NCBI GenBank assembly: GCA_034226945.1
Contig: CP120457.1
Location: forward strand, 1-64,000
From: Picochlorum sp. SENEW3
Lineage: Eukaryota
Direction: 5' to 3'
Length of the DNA stretch: 64,000 nucleotides
The first letter of the stretch is position 1. Each line of letters opens with the position of its first letter. Position numbers and translations under genes: made by a program. The notes beneath the pieces are model-generated. The model saw nothing but the letters and a program-made list of their open reading frames with translations, did not search any database and was not told the DNA's origin. Below are positions 35,825 through 47,207 of the stretch, in pieces.

Positions 35825-36100
35825 GAGGTCAGACGGGCAACCAGTCCAACACCACTCTTCTGCTGGGAGTCCAATCTATTGTCCTTTTAGAAAGCTTCAA
35901 ATGTTATTTTAGTTCATTCCAAGACTCGTGGAATTGTTGCCACCATATCCATTTGAGCCCTGGGTGCGGAGGTATACGCTGCCCTTCAAAAAGACTGTTT
36001 GACAGGGCAATATGGCCTTTTGGATATTGGCCTAATGGATTTCAAATTCCTCTACTGTTCATGGATGTGTACTGTAATAAAAGAAATACGAGAGAAAAAT

Positions 36101-36574
36101 ATGATGAAAATCCATCCAGGTCCTGGACATCGATTGCAGGCGCCTATCGGTCACCTACATGTAGTGGTCCCGAACCAAAGACATGTCTGTCGTGTGTTCG
36201 CCAGTAGCAGCAGTAATGAAGACGTAATTCCCCCCAATTGCACTAGATATACAATTAAAGTGCCAAAACCAATCGGTATAGTGCTTGAACAGACGGCATC
36301 TGGTCTGATCAGGGTGGCAGAGATCTCTGAGACTGGTTCTGCCGCCCGTACTGGAAAAGTATCGGTAAATGACATTCTGATCGCCACATCTGGGATCATC
36401 AAGACAACAGAACAAGTCTATGGAGAAACAGTTGTCCAGGGAGGGGAGAAGCTGGTCCGAATGACGGTTCAAGGGCAAAAGTTTGACACAGTCTTGGCAG
36501 CAATCGGGTCGCACCTTGCTGGAATGGAGGTCGAAATGGAGTTCCAGCGATGCGACGAAAGCGATGACGAGTGA
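36101..36574 (+). CDS. Small PDZ-like domain protein, probably plastid
   Basis: Transit-like N-terminus; YTIKVPKPIGIVLEQ...GSAARTGKVSVNDILIATS. Confidence 0.7.
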   Translation: MMKIHPGPGHRLQAPIGHLHVVVPNQRHVCRVFASSSSNEDVIPPNCTRYTIKVPKPIGIVLEQTASGLIRVAEISETGSAARTGKVSVNDILIATSGIIKTTEQVYGETVVQGGEKLVRMTVQGQKFDTVLAAIGSHLAGMEVEMEFQRCDESDDE

Positions 36575-36602
36575 TATATATGAACGTGATTACATGTATT
36601 TA

Positions 36603-37076
36603 TTACCAATTTTTGTCAGTTTTTCTCATTTGTTTATGGTGGTCAAGCTCTTGGGATGCTCCAGCAGGAGACAAATCCTTTCTCTTTCTCGACCCGATGG
36701 ATCCAAATGTTACCGGTTCAAAAAGTACATGGTCTTGAGGATATGAATTCGAGCACGCATCCATCCTCTCTCGCAGTGGCTGTCGACTGCCTTGGTCAAC
36801 AACCATCTCCTCCATGTCTCCCGTGTCATTCGAATAGGCTTGCACCTTGGCACTGTCAGGACCATATAAAATCTGGTTGAGCCTCATGACATCTTTTTGG
36901 TGCTTCTGTCGGGCGATGTAGTAGTCCCGAACTAGAGAGTCGTACGACTCGGATGACGACTGCCAGTGAAGTGCCTCTTGCATCATGTGTAACATGTACT
37001 CTTGATGGAACTCCCACTTTTTCTTTAATTCCTCCTTCTCTTTCTGGATCTCTCGTAGGCTGATGTCTTGCAGCAT
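36603..37076 (-). CDS. Hypothetical coiled-coil protein
   Basis: ~157-aa charged ORF filling the gap between genes; no motif recognised. Confidence 0.5.
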   Translation of the reverse strand: MLQDISLREIQKEKEELKKKWEFHQEYMLHMMQEALHWQSSSESYDSLVRDYYIARQKHQKDVMRLNQILYGPDSAKVQAYSNDTGDMEEMVVDQGSRQPLRERMDACSNSYPQDHVLFEPVTFGSIGSRKRKDLSPAGASQELDHHKQMRKTDKNW

Positions 37077-37210
37077 TGAATTCTGAAATTTCAAAAAGTT
37101 TGTGTAGCTGGTGTTGAAGACAACCACCTTTGTGTATTTATTTATTTATTTAGTATTTAACTGCATGAATAGTAACAGTAAAAAATTTGATTTCTATAGT
37201 CTGCAGAGGA

Positions 37211-40200
37211 TCAGAAGTCACTGTCGGACCAAATGTCCATGGCGCCCTGGAGGAAGGCAATCTCGTCCGCCACGTTGTTGGCTGGTGGCTCATTCATGTT
37301 AGCTGGTGCAGGTGGCTCATTCATGTGGCCTGTTGATACGTCAGAGTGTTGTTTCATTCGCTTCTTCTGCTCTTCGCTCTCTATGTTTGACAACCGCTTA
37401 TTGGTTACAGTCTGTGTAACGCTGTTTTCCTTGTCCGTCCAGCTTTCTGCCATGTGTCTATACATGTCATGCATCCGAGAGAGGAGTGCTTCTCTATCTA
37501 GCGCATGCCACCCATGTTCTTTGCCATATGCTAGGGCTTTTTCATCTATCCGTTTATCTCCTTCATCAAATCTATCGCCGACTTCAGCAAATATGGCTTG
37601 AATGCCCCTTGGGATTGGTACCTTTAACGTTGCTGTCCAAGCAAATCGATCCTGGCATGATGCCTTGTTTGGGCACATTGTGACGGCGGCGAATGATTCT
37701 TCCAGTCCAACGATAGCAGCTCGAATGGCGTATTCCGAGGCACATCCACCTAATGACATCACGTGATTGCTCCAATCCTCTATATCCTGCCTCACCCATG
37801 CACTGATTGGTGCATCCTGGAGAGCAGTGTGCTCAGGTCCATCCTCTGATTCTGGCTGATCCAAGGATTCCGGCTTTTGAGCTGGTAGGCATGAGCTGTC
37901 TTCGGTGCAGCATGCAATTTCTTCTTGGCATTTTTGTGGTATTTTGCGTCCCGCCATGAGCATGGCCAAGGCATTTTTCCTTCCTGTGCCTTCCATCATT
38001 GGTGGGGGTAGGACAATTTCATCCTTCTCTTTCTTCGGATTCTCTCTTTTCTTAGCAGAGAAGAAATCTTCCAAGGACATGAGGCATTGGCCGTAGGAAT
38101 CGAAGAGGCTCAGTTTGCTTCGAATCCTGCATGGTTCCAGCAAGGGTTGTATATGAATGATCAAATCGACTTTGCAGACAACGAATCACAACAAATTAAA
38201 AAGCGTACCATCTGGATAGGCTTTGGTGGTGCCTTTGATTCTTGAACCGCTCGTCTACAAGCAGAATAGCTCCCCAGTCGTTTTTGTGGCGGATGCACCT
38301 CCCAAGCGCTTGATTCAGGGCCCTGAAAGCTTGCTGCTCATACCATGCTCCTCCTGTCAGGAGCCCCATGGACTTTGAGCATGTGTCATTATACTTTTTC
38401 TTCGCATCCACTTTGGCATCCTTCAAATTTGGAAACGGTATTCCAACGATAATGACCCCCCTGGCATTTGCATCCGAGAAATCTAATCCCTCTGAGACCT
38501 TTCCTCTACAGACAGCAAAGAATAGCCCTCCCTGGCCTGATTGAATCCCTGAATAGTACTCCTCCATCGTCTGTTTTAATGCATCTGATCCACCAGAGCG
38601 GGGCTCGAACACACAGGATTTCAGGCTCATCATTTCATCCATTGCTCCTGTTTCTTTCCATCTTGCGACTAATTTGTCCAATAGCGCATATGAAGGGAAA
38701 AAGACAAGCAACCCATCGGGGACAATCTCGCATGCTGATAGAATTATTTTCCCAACAGAATCTTGAAATGACGCTTTGCTTGTGTGCTGGTAAGTCGCGA
38801 CCAATGGCTGGCCTTGTGGGGTTGTAGAGACAACTCCAGCAAACACCTGTTTTTCCATGTTCACGACATGCGGGGCTTCCAAACTAATCTCAAATTTTGT
38901 GTCCAGCTCTGAAGTAAACGAATCCAAAGGGGCCAAAGTCCCTGAAGTGAGCACTACAGAGTGCGATTTAGACGCAATGGATTTGAAAATCACTCCAGGA
39001 TTCAGGCACCAGAGTGACATCACAATGTGTACTCCAACTGCCTCATCTGCCTGCTTTACACGCCTCCGCGAAGATCCCCGATCGAATCTTGTAGAGCGTG
39101 TCAAGACAAGGCGATAATCGCGACCACCATTTTGGCACTCGACATGCAAAATTCGAAAAATCTGCACGATTCTGGAAATGACCCCCAACGTTGCAGCGCC
39201 GATTCTCACAGGTTTGTTTTGAGAGGGCCCAGCGTCATCACCACGTCTTGTAGATCCTTTATTCTGTCGATCTTGTGCAATTAGCGCTTCATCATATTCA
39301 CGGGCAGCCAAATACGCTCCCCAGAGCAGTTCCATTCTGTCTGGCCCAAGGCCCATGGTTTGGAGATGGATCAGCAGTTGCTGACCCATCCAGATCTTTT
39401 CTTGAGATGAACCACTGCTCCTTTTGGTAGTCGCATCTTGCTGCATCATCCAGTCTTTTATCCGCTGAAGGACATCGTGCAAAGGGTCATAGACATCAGG
39501 CTTCATATTCATCTTGCAAGCTCTCTTTAGTATTATAATGAACTCGTTCAGATCGTCTAAGCTAATATCTAAAGACCCTGAATCGCGGCATACATCTTCT
39601 ATGTTGTGAGCTTCGTCGAAAATAATCACAGCATCCTCCAAGTCCACCCCCATTGACCTCCGAATCACTGGGTCCAAAAAGTAATTGTATGGGCCAAAGA
39701 TAATATCTGCATCACTCGCCATGTGTCGGCTCATATAATAAGGACACCCCTTTCTACTTTTACCTATTCTACAGAGATCTTCTATGTCATGCACATGCTT
39801 CATCGCCGAGCCAAGCAGAGCCTGCGTCCCTCTGAAGTATTGGCAATGACCATCTTTCAGGGCATCTTCGCATGCCTCCTCCAGAGATGGCTGCCGCCTC
39901 ACATGAGCGTTGACGCAGTAATGCTGTTTAGATCCAAGGATTGCCATTTTGGGCTTATACCCAGACCGTTTCAGTTCCGCAACTACCTGGGCAATCTGAG
40001 AATGTGTTCTCGTTGCATAATAAATGCGCGGAGCCCTGGTCTTCACTTCAGCGGCCATCTCCCCCTGCGCATCACCCGTTAAAAATCCTCCAGATCCAAG
40101 ATGGTCCTCTTTAGAAATTTCCGCTGGCCGAGAATCTTTATCCAATTCGGGGCGACCAAACTCTGTCACACCCTCCACGGAGGCAACCCTCCTCTTCTCC

Positions 40201-40468
40201 TTCTCCTGCCATGCCAAGGATGAACACAACAGGGACAGTGTTTTCCCAGAACCTACATCGAACGAAACAGTTTGAGTTCACAGGTGTGATGGGTCGCCAT
40301 CCATGAGCAAGAAAACACACCAGTGGGAGCCTCGAGCAAAGCGTTGTGCTTCTTCTCCAGTGCTGATATCAGTTTGCCCATAAAAGAGAGCTGCGTCCCG
40401 TATGCCGAGTGAGGAAAACAGACATCACATCCACCGATTTTGTACGAGTTGCTGTTTCCCTGCTCCAT
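37211..40468 (-). CDS. FANCJ: FANCJ/BRIP1-like Fe-S DNA helicase (XPD/DinG family), 3 exons
   Basis: LEAPTG/SGKT across intron 40320-40253, RIYYATRTHSQ, Fe-S cysteines, DEAH, LTSGTL, CRGKVSEG, QALGRCIRH. Confidence 0.92.
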
Positions 40469-40840
40469 ACTGGTGTAAGCTCTCTCTTTACAACAGTTGG
40501 TTGAAATTCAAACTCGTGAAACAAGTCCACGCCTCACCCCTCATCAAGCTCAGCGAACACAAGCTTTTGAATGGCTACTTTATTAAACTCTAGGACATTT
40601 TTATACTCCTGGTTCCCTGAAAACACCTGGCGTTTGACCATCTGATAGGGATGTCTCGGTAAAAGTATAGTGACCTATCGGCATAGCTCGCCGATCGGTC
40701 GGATGGAATCAAGCTGACGATGGGGAATTCGAAAGGACAATTTCCGGGCCTGTGATCTTTCGAAACAGTGCTATATATTGGATCAATTATTGGATCAGCG
40801 TGATTAGGTATATTTCCTATTCTACTGTAAACAGGCAAAC

Positions 40841-41582
40841 ATGTTGCAACTTGTATGTCTGCCAACAAGTGGTGCTCCGGGAAAGAGGTTCCTTTGCTCA
40901 GGTGAGGATCGCGAATGCAACCTTATGATGTGTTCTTGGTGCCGATCACTATAAAATCTTGCATTTCTCTGTAGATAAAAGGCATTGCAGTCGTTCTGTA
41001 GCTGTCCAGGCGACCCAGTCCAGGTCAGAGGCTGGAGTTCTCCTGGGAGGTTTGGCAGCGTCTTTGCTGTTGATGGGCAGTCCAATGTCACTGCATGCTG
41101 AATCAAACACGAGGCTTCCTCCCCTAGATACAGATCCAAACAGGTGTGAGAGAGCGACGGTAGGAAACACGATTGGGCAGGCAAATGCCGTCAGTGACAA
41201 AATATTGGATTTACGATTCTGCGATTTCACAAACAAGGATTTGTCGACCAAGACGTTGTCAGGGGCTCTTCTGGCGGATGCTATTTTAAAGGGTGCAAAT
41301 TTGCAGGAAGCCGTCATGAGCAAGGCATATGCTGTTGGGGCAAATTTTGCTGGAGCAGATATGACCAATGCAGTTGTGGATAGAGTTGTTTTCGATAAAG
41401 CAGACTTGTCCAATGTCAAGTTTGTGAATGCAGTAATTACTGGAGCGACATTTGACGGGGCAAATTTGGATGGTGCTGACTTTGAAGATGCACTCATTGG
41501 TAGCGAGGATGCAAAGAGGCTGTGCAGCAATCCCACAATTACAGCAGAGTCAAAAGATCAGATTGGCTGCCGAGGCAAGTGA
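40841..41582 (+). CDS. TL17: Thylakoid lumenal 17.4-kDa pentapeptide-repeat protein
   Basis: Bipartite transit peptide (intron ~40902-40974), RLPPLDTDPNRCERA.VGNTIGQAN, A(D/N)L/F pentapeptides. Confidence 0.92.
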
Positions 41583-43234
41583 TTTTTCAGTTGTAATTTA
41601 ACCCTACCCCATCTGACGGCCTCTTCTATGGGAGTCGAGTAATACGGCGGTCCGCTCGGCAAATCCAAATCGGCCCCAAACCTGCATGATAAAACATCCA
41701 TGACCTCTTGATGGCCCCACTGAGCCGCAATATGGGCAGGTCTCCACTGAGATTGGCACGCTGTCTTCTCATTAGGATTGTTGATGCCAGTTTCCAACAG
41801 CTGCCTCACAACTTTGTGTTTATTCCATTGACAAGCGAGGTGCAGAGGCATCCTTCCATCTTGATCTGCTGCCTTAAGGCATGCAACTGCCTCTCCTCTC
41901 TGACTCAGAACACGCAGTAATGCTTCGACTGAATCCGTCCAGCCGAATTGTGCGCAATAATGCATTGCGTTCTGACCACATGCTGATGTAGCGAGGAGAT
42001 CAATGCTTTGCTGCTGCGCAAGAATCTCTATGATCTCAGTATGACCACGAGCGGCAGCCCTGTGAAGAGAATTCATTTTACTCTTTGAATCGCACATGTT
42101 TGGATCAGCGCCTTGGTTCAATAAAACAGTTGCAGCTGTCACTCGTCCATATCCGCAGGCAAAGAGAAGGGGTGTCCGACCAAAATCATCTCTTAGATTT
42201 GGATCACCTCTCCCATCCTGAAAATACCTCTCAAGAGCGGCCGTGTCTCCGAGCCATGCACATCGCCATACATCTAAAACTTGTTTCTGTTGTCTAATCA
42301 TACGGTATGGTAAATTTCTCTGGAGAGCTTTGTTAGACATAATGCGTTCTTTCGGAGAGACAACTGTTTGAGTCCACTGCCTCTGGACTCCATCCTTTTT
42401 CAAGACGACCAAATGTCTCTGTAAGCCGTGTTTCTTTTCTTTCAAGAGAAACAAGATATCTAATCCAATTTCATCGATGAATTCCCGCACATGGTCTGTC
42501 ACGGCATGGGTCCACACGACGAGGCGACCTCCTGGAACAAGCAACCTCCCTGCCATCTCTGCAAGGTGCTTTAGCATGTCTGCCTCGCACGCGCACCCCC
42601 GGATCTCCTCCCTGTGGCCATATGGAATGTCTGTTACTATAGCATCAATTGAATTCTCGCGAAATCTCAAACGCATGACGTCCGCTGCCAGTCCATCTCC
42701 AATGCCTGTGGCTGACTTTGTGACCGATACATTTGCCAATTGCACATCTGAGAACAATACCTGAGTGTGATATTCTCGATGTGCAGTTATCGGAATAGAT
42801 CCTGATCCACAACATGGATCTAACACAATAGATCCTGGGAAAATATTGGCGAACTGCAATGATAGCCTTGCCAGCAAAGGATCCAATGTTGTCGGCCTCC
42901 TTTCCACCACAAATGAGCTCTGAGTATTTCCTGACGGCTCATGCAAGATGGTACCTACCATGTACCTACCATTGATTAAGAATACTGAAGACGGCTCCTC
43001 CTCCGCTCCATGAATTCCCTCGGTCAGTACCTGGGCATTTGTTGCATTGCATGCATGTTTCAGTTGCCTGTTGGCAAGCACACTGCAGTCCTCATCGACG
43101 TTATATGCATGCATCACTACTTTTCTACCCATCATAGCCCCTTTTAACGTGGTATCAATGCGGTCGATACGCACAAGTGAACTTATCAGGACAGATGATG
43201 CAACACTCTCGACGAGAGAGTCAAGTTTCTGCAC
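41558..43234 (-). CDS. Trm11/UPF0020-like SAM methyltransferase fused to C-terminal ankyrin repeats (5' end uncertain)
   Basis: PTTLDPLLA, VLDPCCGSGS, IVTDIPYG; then GRTPLLFAC, SLHRAAARGH, MPLHLAC ankyrin repeats. Confidence 0.82.
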   Translation of the reverse strand: MQKLDSLVESVASSVLISSLVRIDRIDTTLKGAMMGRKVVMHAYNVDEDCSVLANRQLKHACNATNAQVLTEGIHGAEEEPSSVFLINGRYMVGTILHEPSGNTQSSFVVERRPTTLDPLLARLSLQFANIFPGSIVLDPCCGSGSIPITAHREYHTQVLFSDVQLANVSVTKSATGIGDGLAADVMRLRFRENSIDAIVTDIPYGHREEIRGCACEADMLKHLAEMAGRLLVPGGRLVVWTHAVTDHVREFIDEIGLDILFLLKEKKHGLQRHLVVLKKDGVQRQWTQTVVSPKERIMSNKALQRNLPYRMIRQQKQVLDVWRCAWLGDTAALERYFQDGRGDPNLRDDFGRTPLLFACGYGRVTAATVLLNQGADPNMCDSKSKMNSLHRAAARGHTEIIEILAQQQSIDLLATSACGQNAMHYCAQFGWTDSVEALLRVLSQRGEAVACLKAADQDGRMPLHLACQWNKHKVVRQLLETGINNPNEKTACQSQWRPAHIAAQWGHQEVMDVLSCRFGADLDLPSGPPYYSTPIEEAVRWGRVKLQLKNHLPRQPI

Positions 43235-43617
43235 ACAGCATAGCCTTTTGAACAGATGAGATGGTCTGAGGCGACTCGTCTTTCAGAAGTTGTTTCAGGG
43301 GATTTGGTACTGCGAAACAGGTCAACAACAAAGTCCATGTGGATCTCGAAAGATCCATGGAAAAGATACGAGAAACAGCACACAAGGTGGCTGGCACAAT
43401 AGGCCCTTGCTACCTTGTTGCTGGAATCCCAGTACTGGGATAGGTAGGGTATCAACTAGTTGATCTTGATGTGAAAATTAAAATTATTGTTACATCATAT
43501 GCAAGTGGACTGAACATATATGAACTATATAGTTCGATCCATTGCAATCAAAACATTGACATATGTATGATGCATCATGGCATATGCCCGCATGGAGTGG
43601 AAAGAGAAGAAGAGATC

Positions 43618-43906
43618 TCATTCAGTCCAACCACATCGCCTCTTGAATACTGTTCTTGCTTCCTCACTCAAACCCATGGCATCAATGAGTTCCTCCATCT
43701 GCTCATCTTCGATCCCTGTATGCTCTCATCTCATGCGAAATCCACATCCCCAGATTGAACCTCCGTGGTCCATTCCCATCGCTGAGATCATACTCAGCAT
43801 TCGTTTCTGCCTCGTTCCGACGGGGAATTGCGCTGAAACCGACAGCATTCTGATGCAGTCTCCTGCGCTCCCTGAGAGCTTGACGTTTCTCTTCACGACT
43901 GGCCAT
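43618..43906 (-). pseudogene. Stand-alone inverted copy of the HA-like C-terminal repeat, frameshifted by an 8-nt deletion
   Basis: MASREEKRQALRERRRLH...GNGPRRFNLGMWISHE, shift near 43705, then EQMEELIDAMGLSEEARTVFKRRCGWTE*. Confidence 0.85.
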
Positions 43907-44801
43907 GGTTTCGTTTCGCACAAATGAAAAGGAGGAGTAGCACATGCTGCAATCAATCTTTCGTGATATTCCTCTACATATTGAGGTTATTATTCATGTA
44001 AATTATCAGAAATCAGATGGAATACGCCGCGGAACGGTTGTGATAGAATTCAGTCTGATCAACTTGATCTTGGCAAGATGTCGCTCGCAGTTCGATACGG
44101 TTGAAACCGTTTGTAGTGATAAAAACAGGTTCTAGCCAAATAAATACACCAATATGTCATATATATGTGATACTAATGACATATGATCGCACGTACACGA
44201 GTTTCGGTTGAAGGTTGACTTCCGCTGGGTTTGAATATTCTGCTCTCGATATGCTCCTCTGCTACTCTCGACGAGAAGAAAGGAGATGACGATAGACAGT
44301 TACTATTTTGAGAGAATTATTGTTTAATATATGAATTGGAGGCACGCATACTGCGTGGTATTGTAGTCTTGTCCATGCGATTTGATCGATTCCCGAATAA
44401 TGTGTCCTTCTGAACAAAGGCCGACACCTTGCATGACATTCATGCAGCAAATCAACACGAGCATCTATTACACCATCATCCACTCCAGAAGATGGTTTGT
44501 GTTTTATTTTATTATAATAATATCAATCATTTCATAGAGGCAATAATACCCTTTAAAATTATATGTATAGAAGATATCAACTGCTGCTTCCATAAGGATA
44601 GTTTGGTACGCATCTCTCTGGTTCTCGCGAAACTTCCCACAAGATGGGAAATGATGCATTATTCACAGCGTATTCTTTTGATTTTGAATAATATATTATG
44701 TTGATAATTAAACATGTATCCAATGCAGTGTACACTCGTTCGCACGCACGAGCAAGTGTGGTATCGAGCCAGCACAAAGCCACTGATTGCTTGAAATCGA
44801 A

Positions 44802-45850
44802 ATGCATCAGTCTTCAAACAGTGAAAACGCTTGGGCTACTGATGATCTTTACGATAAGATATGTTGCGGTGAGTTTGATGAACATGTGAGGGGGAAGATC
44901 TGTGACAACAGATCAGATGAGAATTCCTCCATGCAACTGAATGAGATTCGAATTATGTGTGGGCATGACTTGGAGAATCTCGTGGATATGAGGCAATTTC
45001 AGAAAGGCACGACTACTCCGCCACATATGGCATTTAAAATTGAATGTCCAGTCCCAGTCTCAGTGCAAGGGGTCAATCAAGTATTCATCGGATCGGTCGC
45101 AAAGGAGAGTCCAGATCTCGACATCTGTGCAGACAGGCCCAAGACACAGAAGAACTGCGACACAGTCATACTTTATGCGATTCATACGAGTCGCCTCATC
45201 AAGGAGATGAGGGAAGATTTTGCAAACAATGCGAAAGCTACAAACGCACTCATGTGTCTGCAAAGATGTCTCAGTAACACAGGCCCAAGTCAAAGGCTGC
45301 GACGGGTATGCCTCCTTGTCCTGCTGATGGCCTCGATCCAGCGCCATACAAGCTCTAGAGGGGAACCTCTCAGGAAGGTGTATCACTGGAGTGATGGGCT
45401 GCAAGAGATGTTGAGGACTATCCGTAGTGGCAAAGAACTTAAATGTGAGAAACTAAAGGAGGCAAGAAATGCACAGTATGATCTTTTAACAGCTTCTAGT
45501 GTGATTGAAGATCCAACAATCGAGGAATCAAATGATAAGAGATCAAAGATGGAGGAGCCTGTCAGGGAGCTAGATGATAATACAAATCCACCATGCAAAG
45601 GCAACAGTCAACCGGTGGATACCAGAGCGAATGCACCTCCTACAGATTCAGATCCTACTCACGACACGAGAGTACCTACTCGTATGGAGGGTAATAATGA
45701 TGATATTTTTTTTGGGAGGATGTGGTGGATTTGCCACAAGATGTTGATGCTCTAGATTTTGGGGATGCACCACATTTCAGAACCGATGAAACAGGGCTGT
45801 ATAGATTCGATGCTACAGATCTGAACCTCCAGAAGTCCCAAGATCCCTGA
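44802..45850 (+). CDS. Orphan hypothetical protein; apparent -1 frameshift in T8 run at 45706-45713
   Basis: Open frame 44802-45755; adding one T continues into acidic WEDVVDLPQDVDALDF...QDP* ending 45850. Confidence 0.55.
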
Positions 45851-46067
45851 GAGAGAGAAAACCCATCATGGTCATGATGGATCTTGATCAATTGGTCATG
45901 ACCATTCTTGATCAAGAATCTTGCAAGATGGTAGTGATAATCATCATCCGAGTGAGAAATCTCATGCATTCTTGTCTTTTCCCACGATCCCTTGCTATTC
46001 CATTCAATTCTGTAAAGAATAAAATACAAACTTAACGGGGAGAGCGGGGAAAAGCATCAGAATTCGC

Positions 46068-46143
46068 GGGGCTTTCTGACACTCTATTCTGCAGCGAGGA
46101 GAGATGTCACATTTGTCGTCAGCAAAGAGTGTCAGAAAGCCCC
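46068..46143. other. Hairpin with perfect 18-bp arms
   Basis: GGGGCTTTCTGACACTCT (46068-46085) and AGAGTGTCAGAAAGCCCC (46126-46143). Confidence 0.9.
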
Positions 46144-46543
46144 ATATGCGCTCGAATCTTCACTATGAGATGCATGTGTTGATATGCTATCAAAACTGAC
46201 TCGATCGTTCTCGGCCAAGAGGGTAGGCTGTGACATTCACGTCGATGTCATGGTCGCAACGAGTCTGCTTCTGTATGTCATGGTTTGTAGCATTGTGGAC
46301 CGTGTTTATGAATTTGGAGATATTGTTATGGCCGGAAACATGCGTAACATGGACTCGGAAAGGCTTCCACTTCGCTCGACGATATCTGGTCACGTTGGGC
46401 ACATCGCTGAAGGATGAAAAAGGCGAAAATGTTGCCTTTGGCATCGCGATTATATACAGGAGATTTTGAACATGTTTTTATTTCCGAAAATATTGGAGGA
46501 TGGATGGCACCTTTATTGGACATCGAGTCAACGCAGTTTGCAG

Positions 46544-46770
46544 GGATACTTGCCGGTTACTTGCCGGATACTTGCCGGTTACTTGCCGGATACTTGCCGG
46601 ATACTTGCCGGTTACTTGCCGGTTACTTGCCGGTTACTTGCCGGTTACTTGCCGGATACTTGCCGGTTACTTGCCGGATACTTGCCGGTTACTTGCCGGA
46701 TACTTGCCGGATACTTGCCGGATACTTGCCGGTTACTTGCCGGATACTTGTTGGATACTTGCCGGTTACT
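46544..46770 (+). repeat. 11-bp tandem array GG(A/T)TACTTGCC, 20 copies plus a partial copy
   Basis: Counted directly; only position 3 varies (A/T), plus one CC>TT copy at 46742. Confidence 0.98.
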
Positions 46771-47207
46771 ATTTAGGTTTAGATCTGCGATGATGCAATC
46801 GCGATATTTTGTATAGTATCGCTACAGCGGGTATTGCGCAGTCGAATTGGATGTATTTAGTATTATTTTATGTTTGCAATCACCCTGAGGGTGAACGGAT
46901 AAGCAGGTGAGTCCTGGTTGAATTGCTACGTCGCGAAACTGTCTTGTTTTCTTGATCATGTCTAAAAAGCACCTATCTTTCAATTGTATCACGCCGAATA
47001 TGTGTATATGTGCAGTAATAGAGAATTGTACTGTACAAACAGCATTGCATGCTTGGGAAGCTCAAATAGTGCTACTGCAATAGTGCCCAGAGACATCGTG
47101 GAGAAAAGGTGCGTTTGATTGCTTGTGACGATTCTTGCGAATGTTGCAAAAGATATATAGATATATAATGTATAATCAATCAAATATGTGATGTGCAGCC
47201 TATCCAC

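Noticed and set aside
46544..46770. CRISPR-like array, repeat-protein ORFs (LAGYLPDTCR) or U1 snRNA 5' end (ATACTTACC-like)
   Set aside because: No spacers; the ORFs are open in all three frames only because the 11-mer lacks stops; the U1 similarity is limited to ~9 nt with a mismatch.
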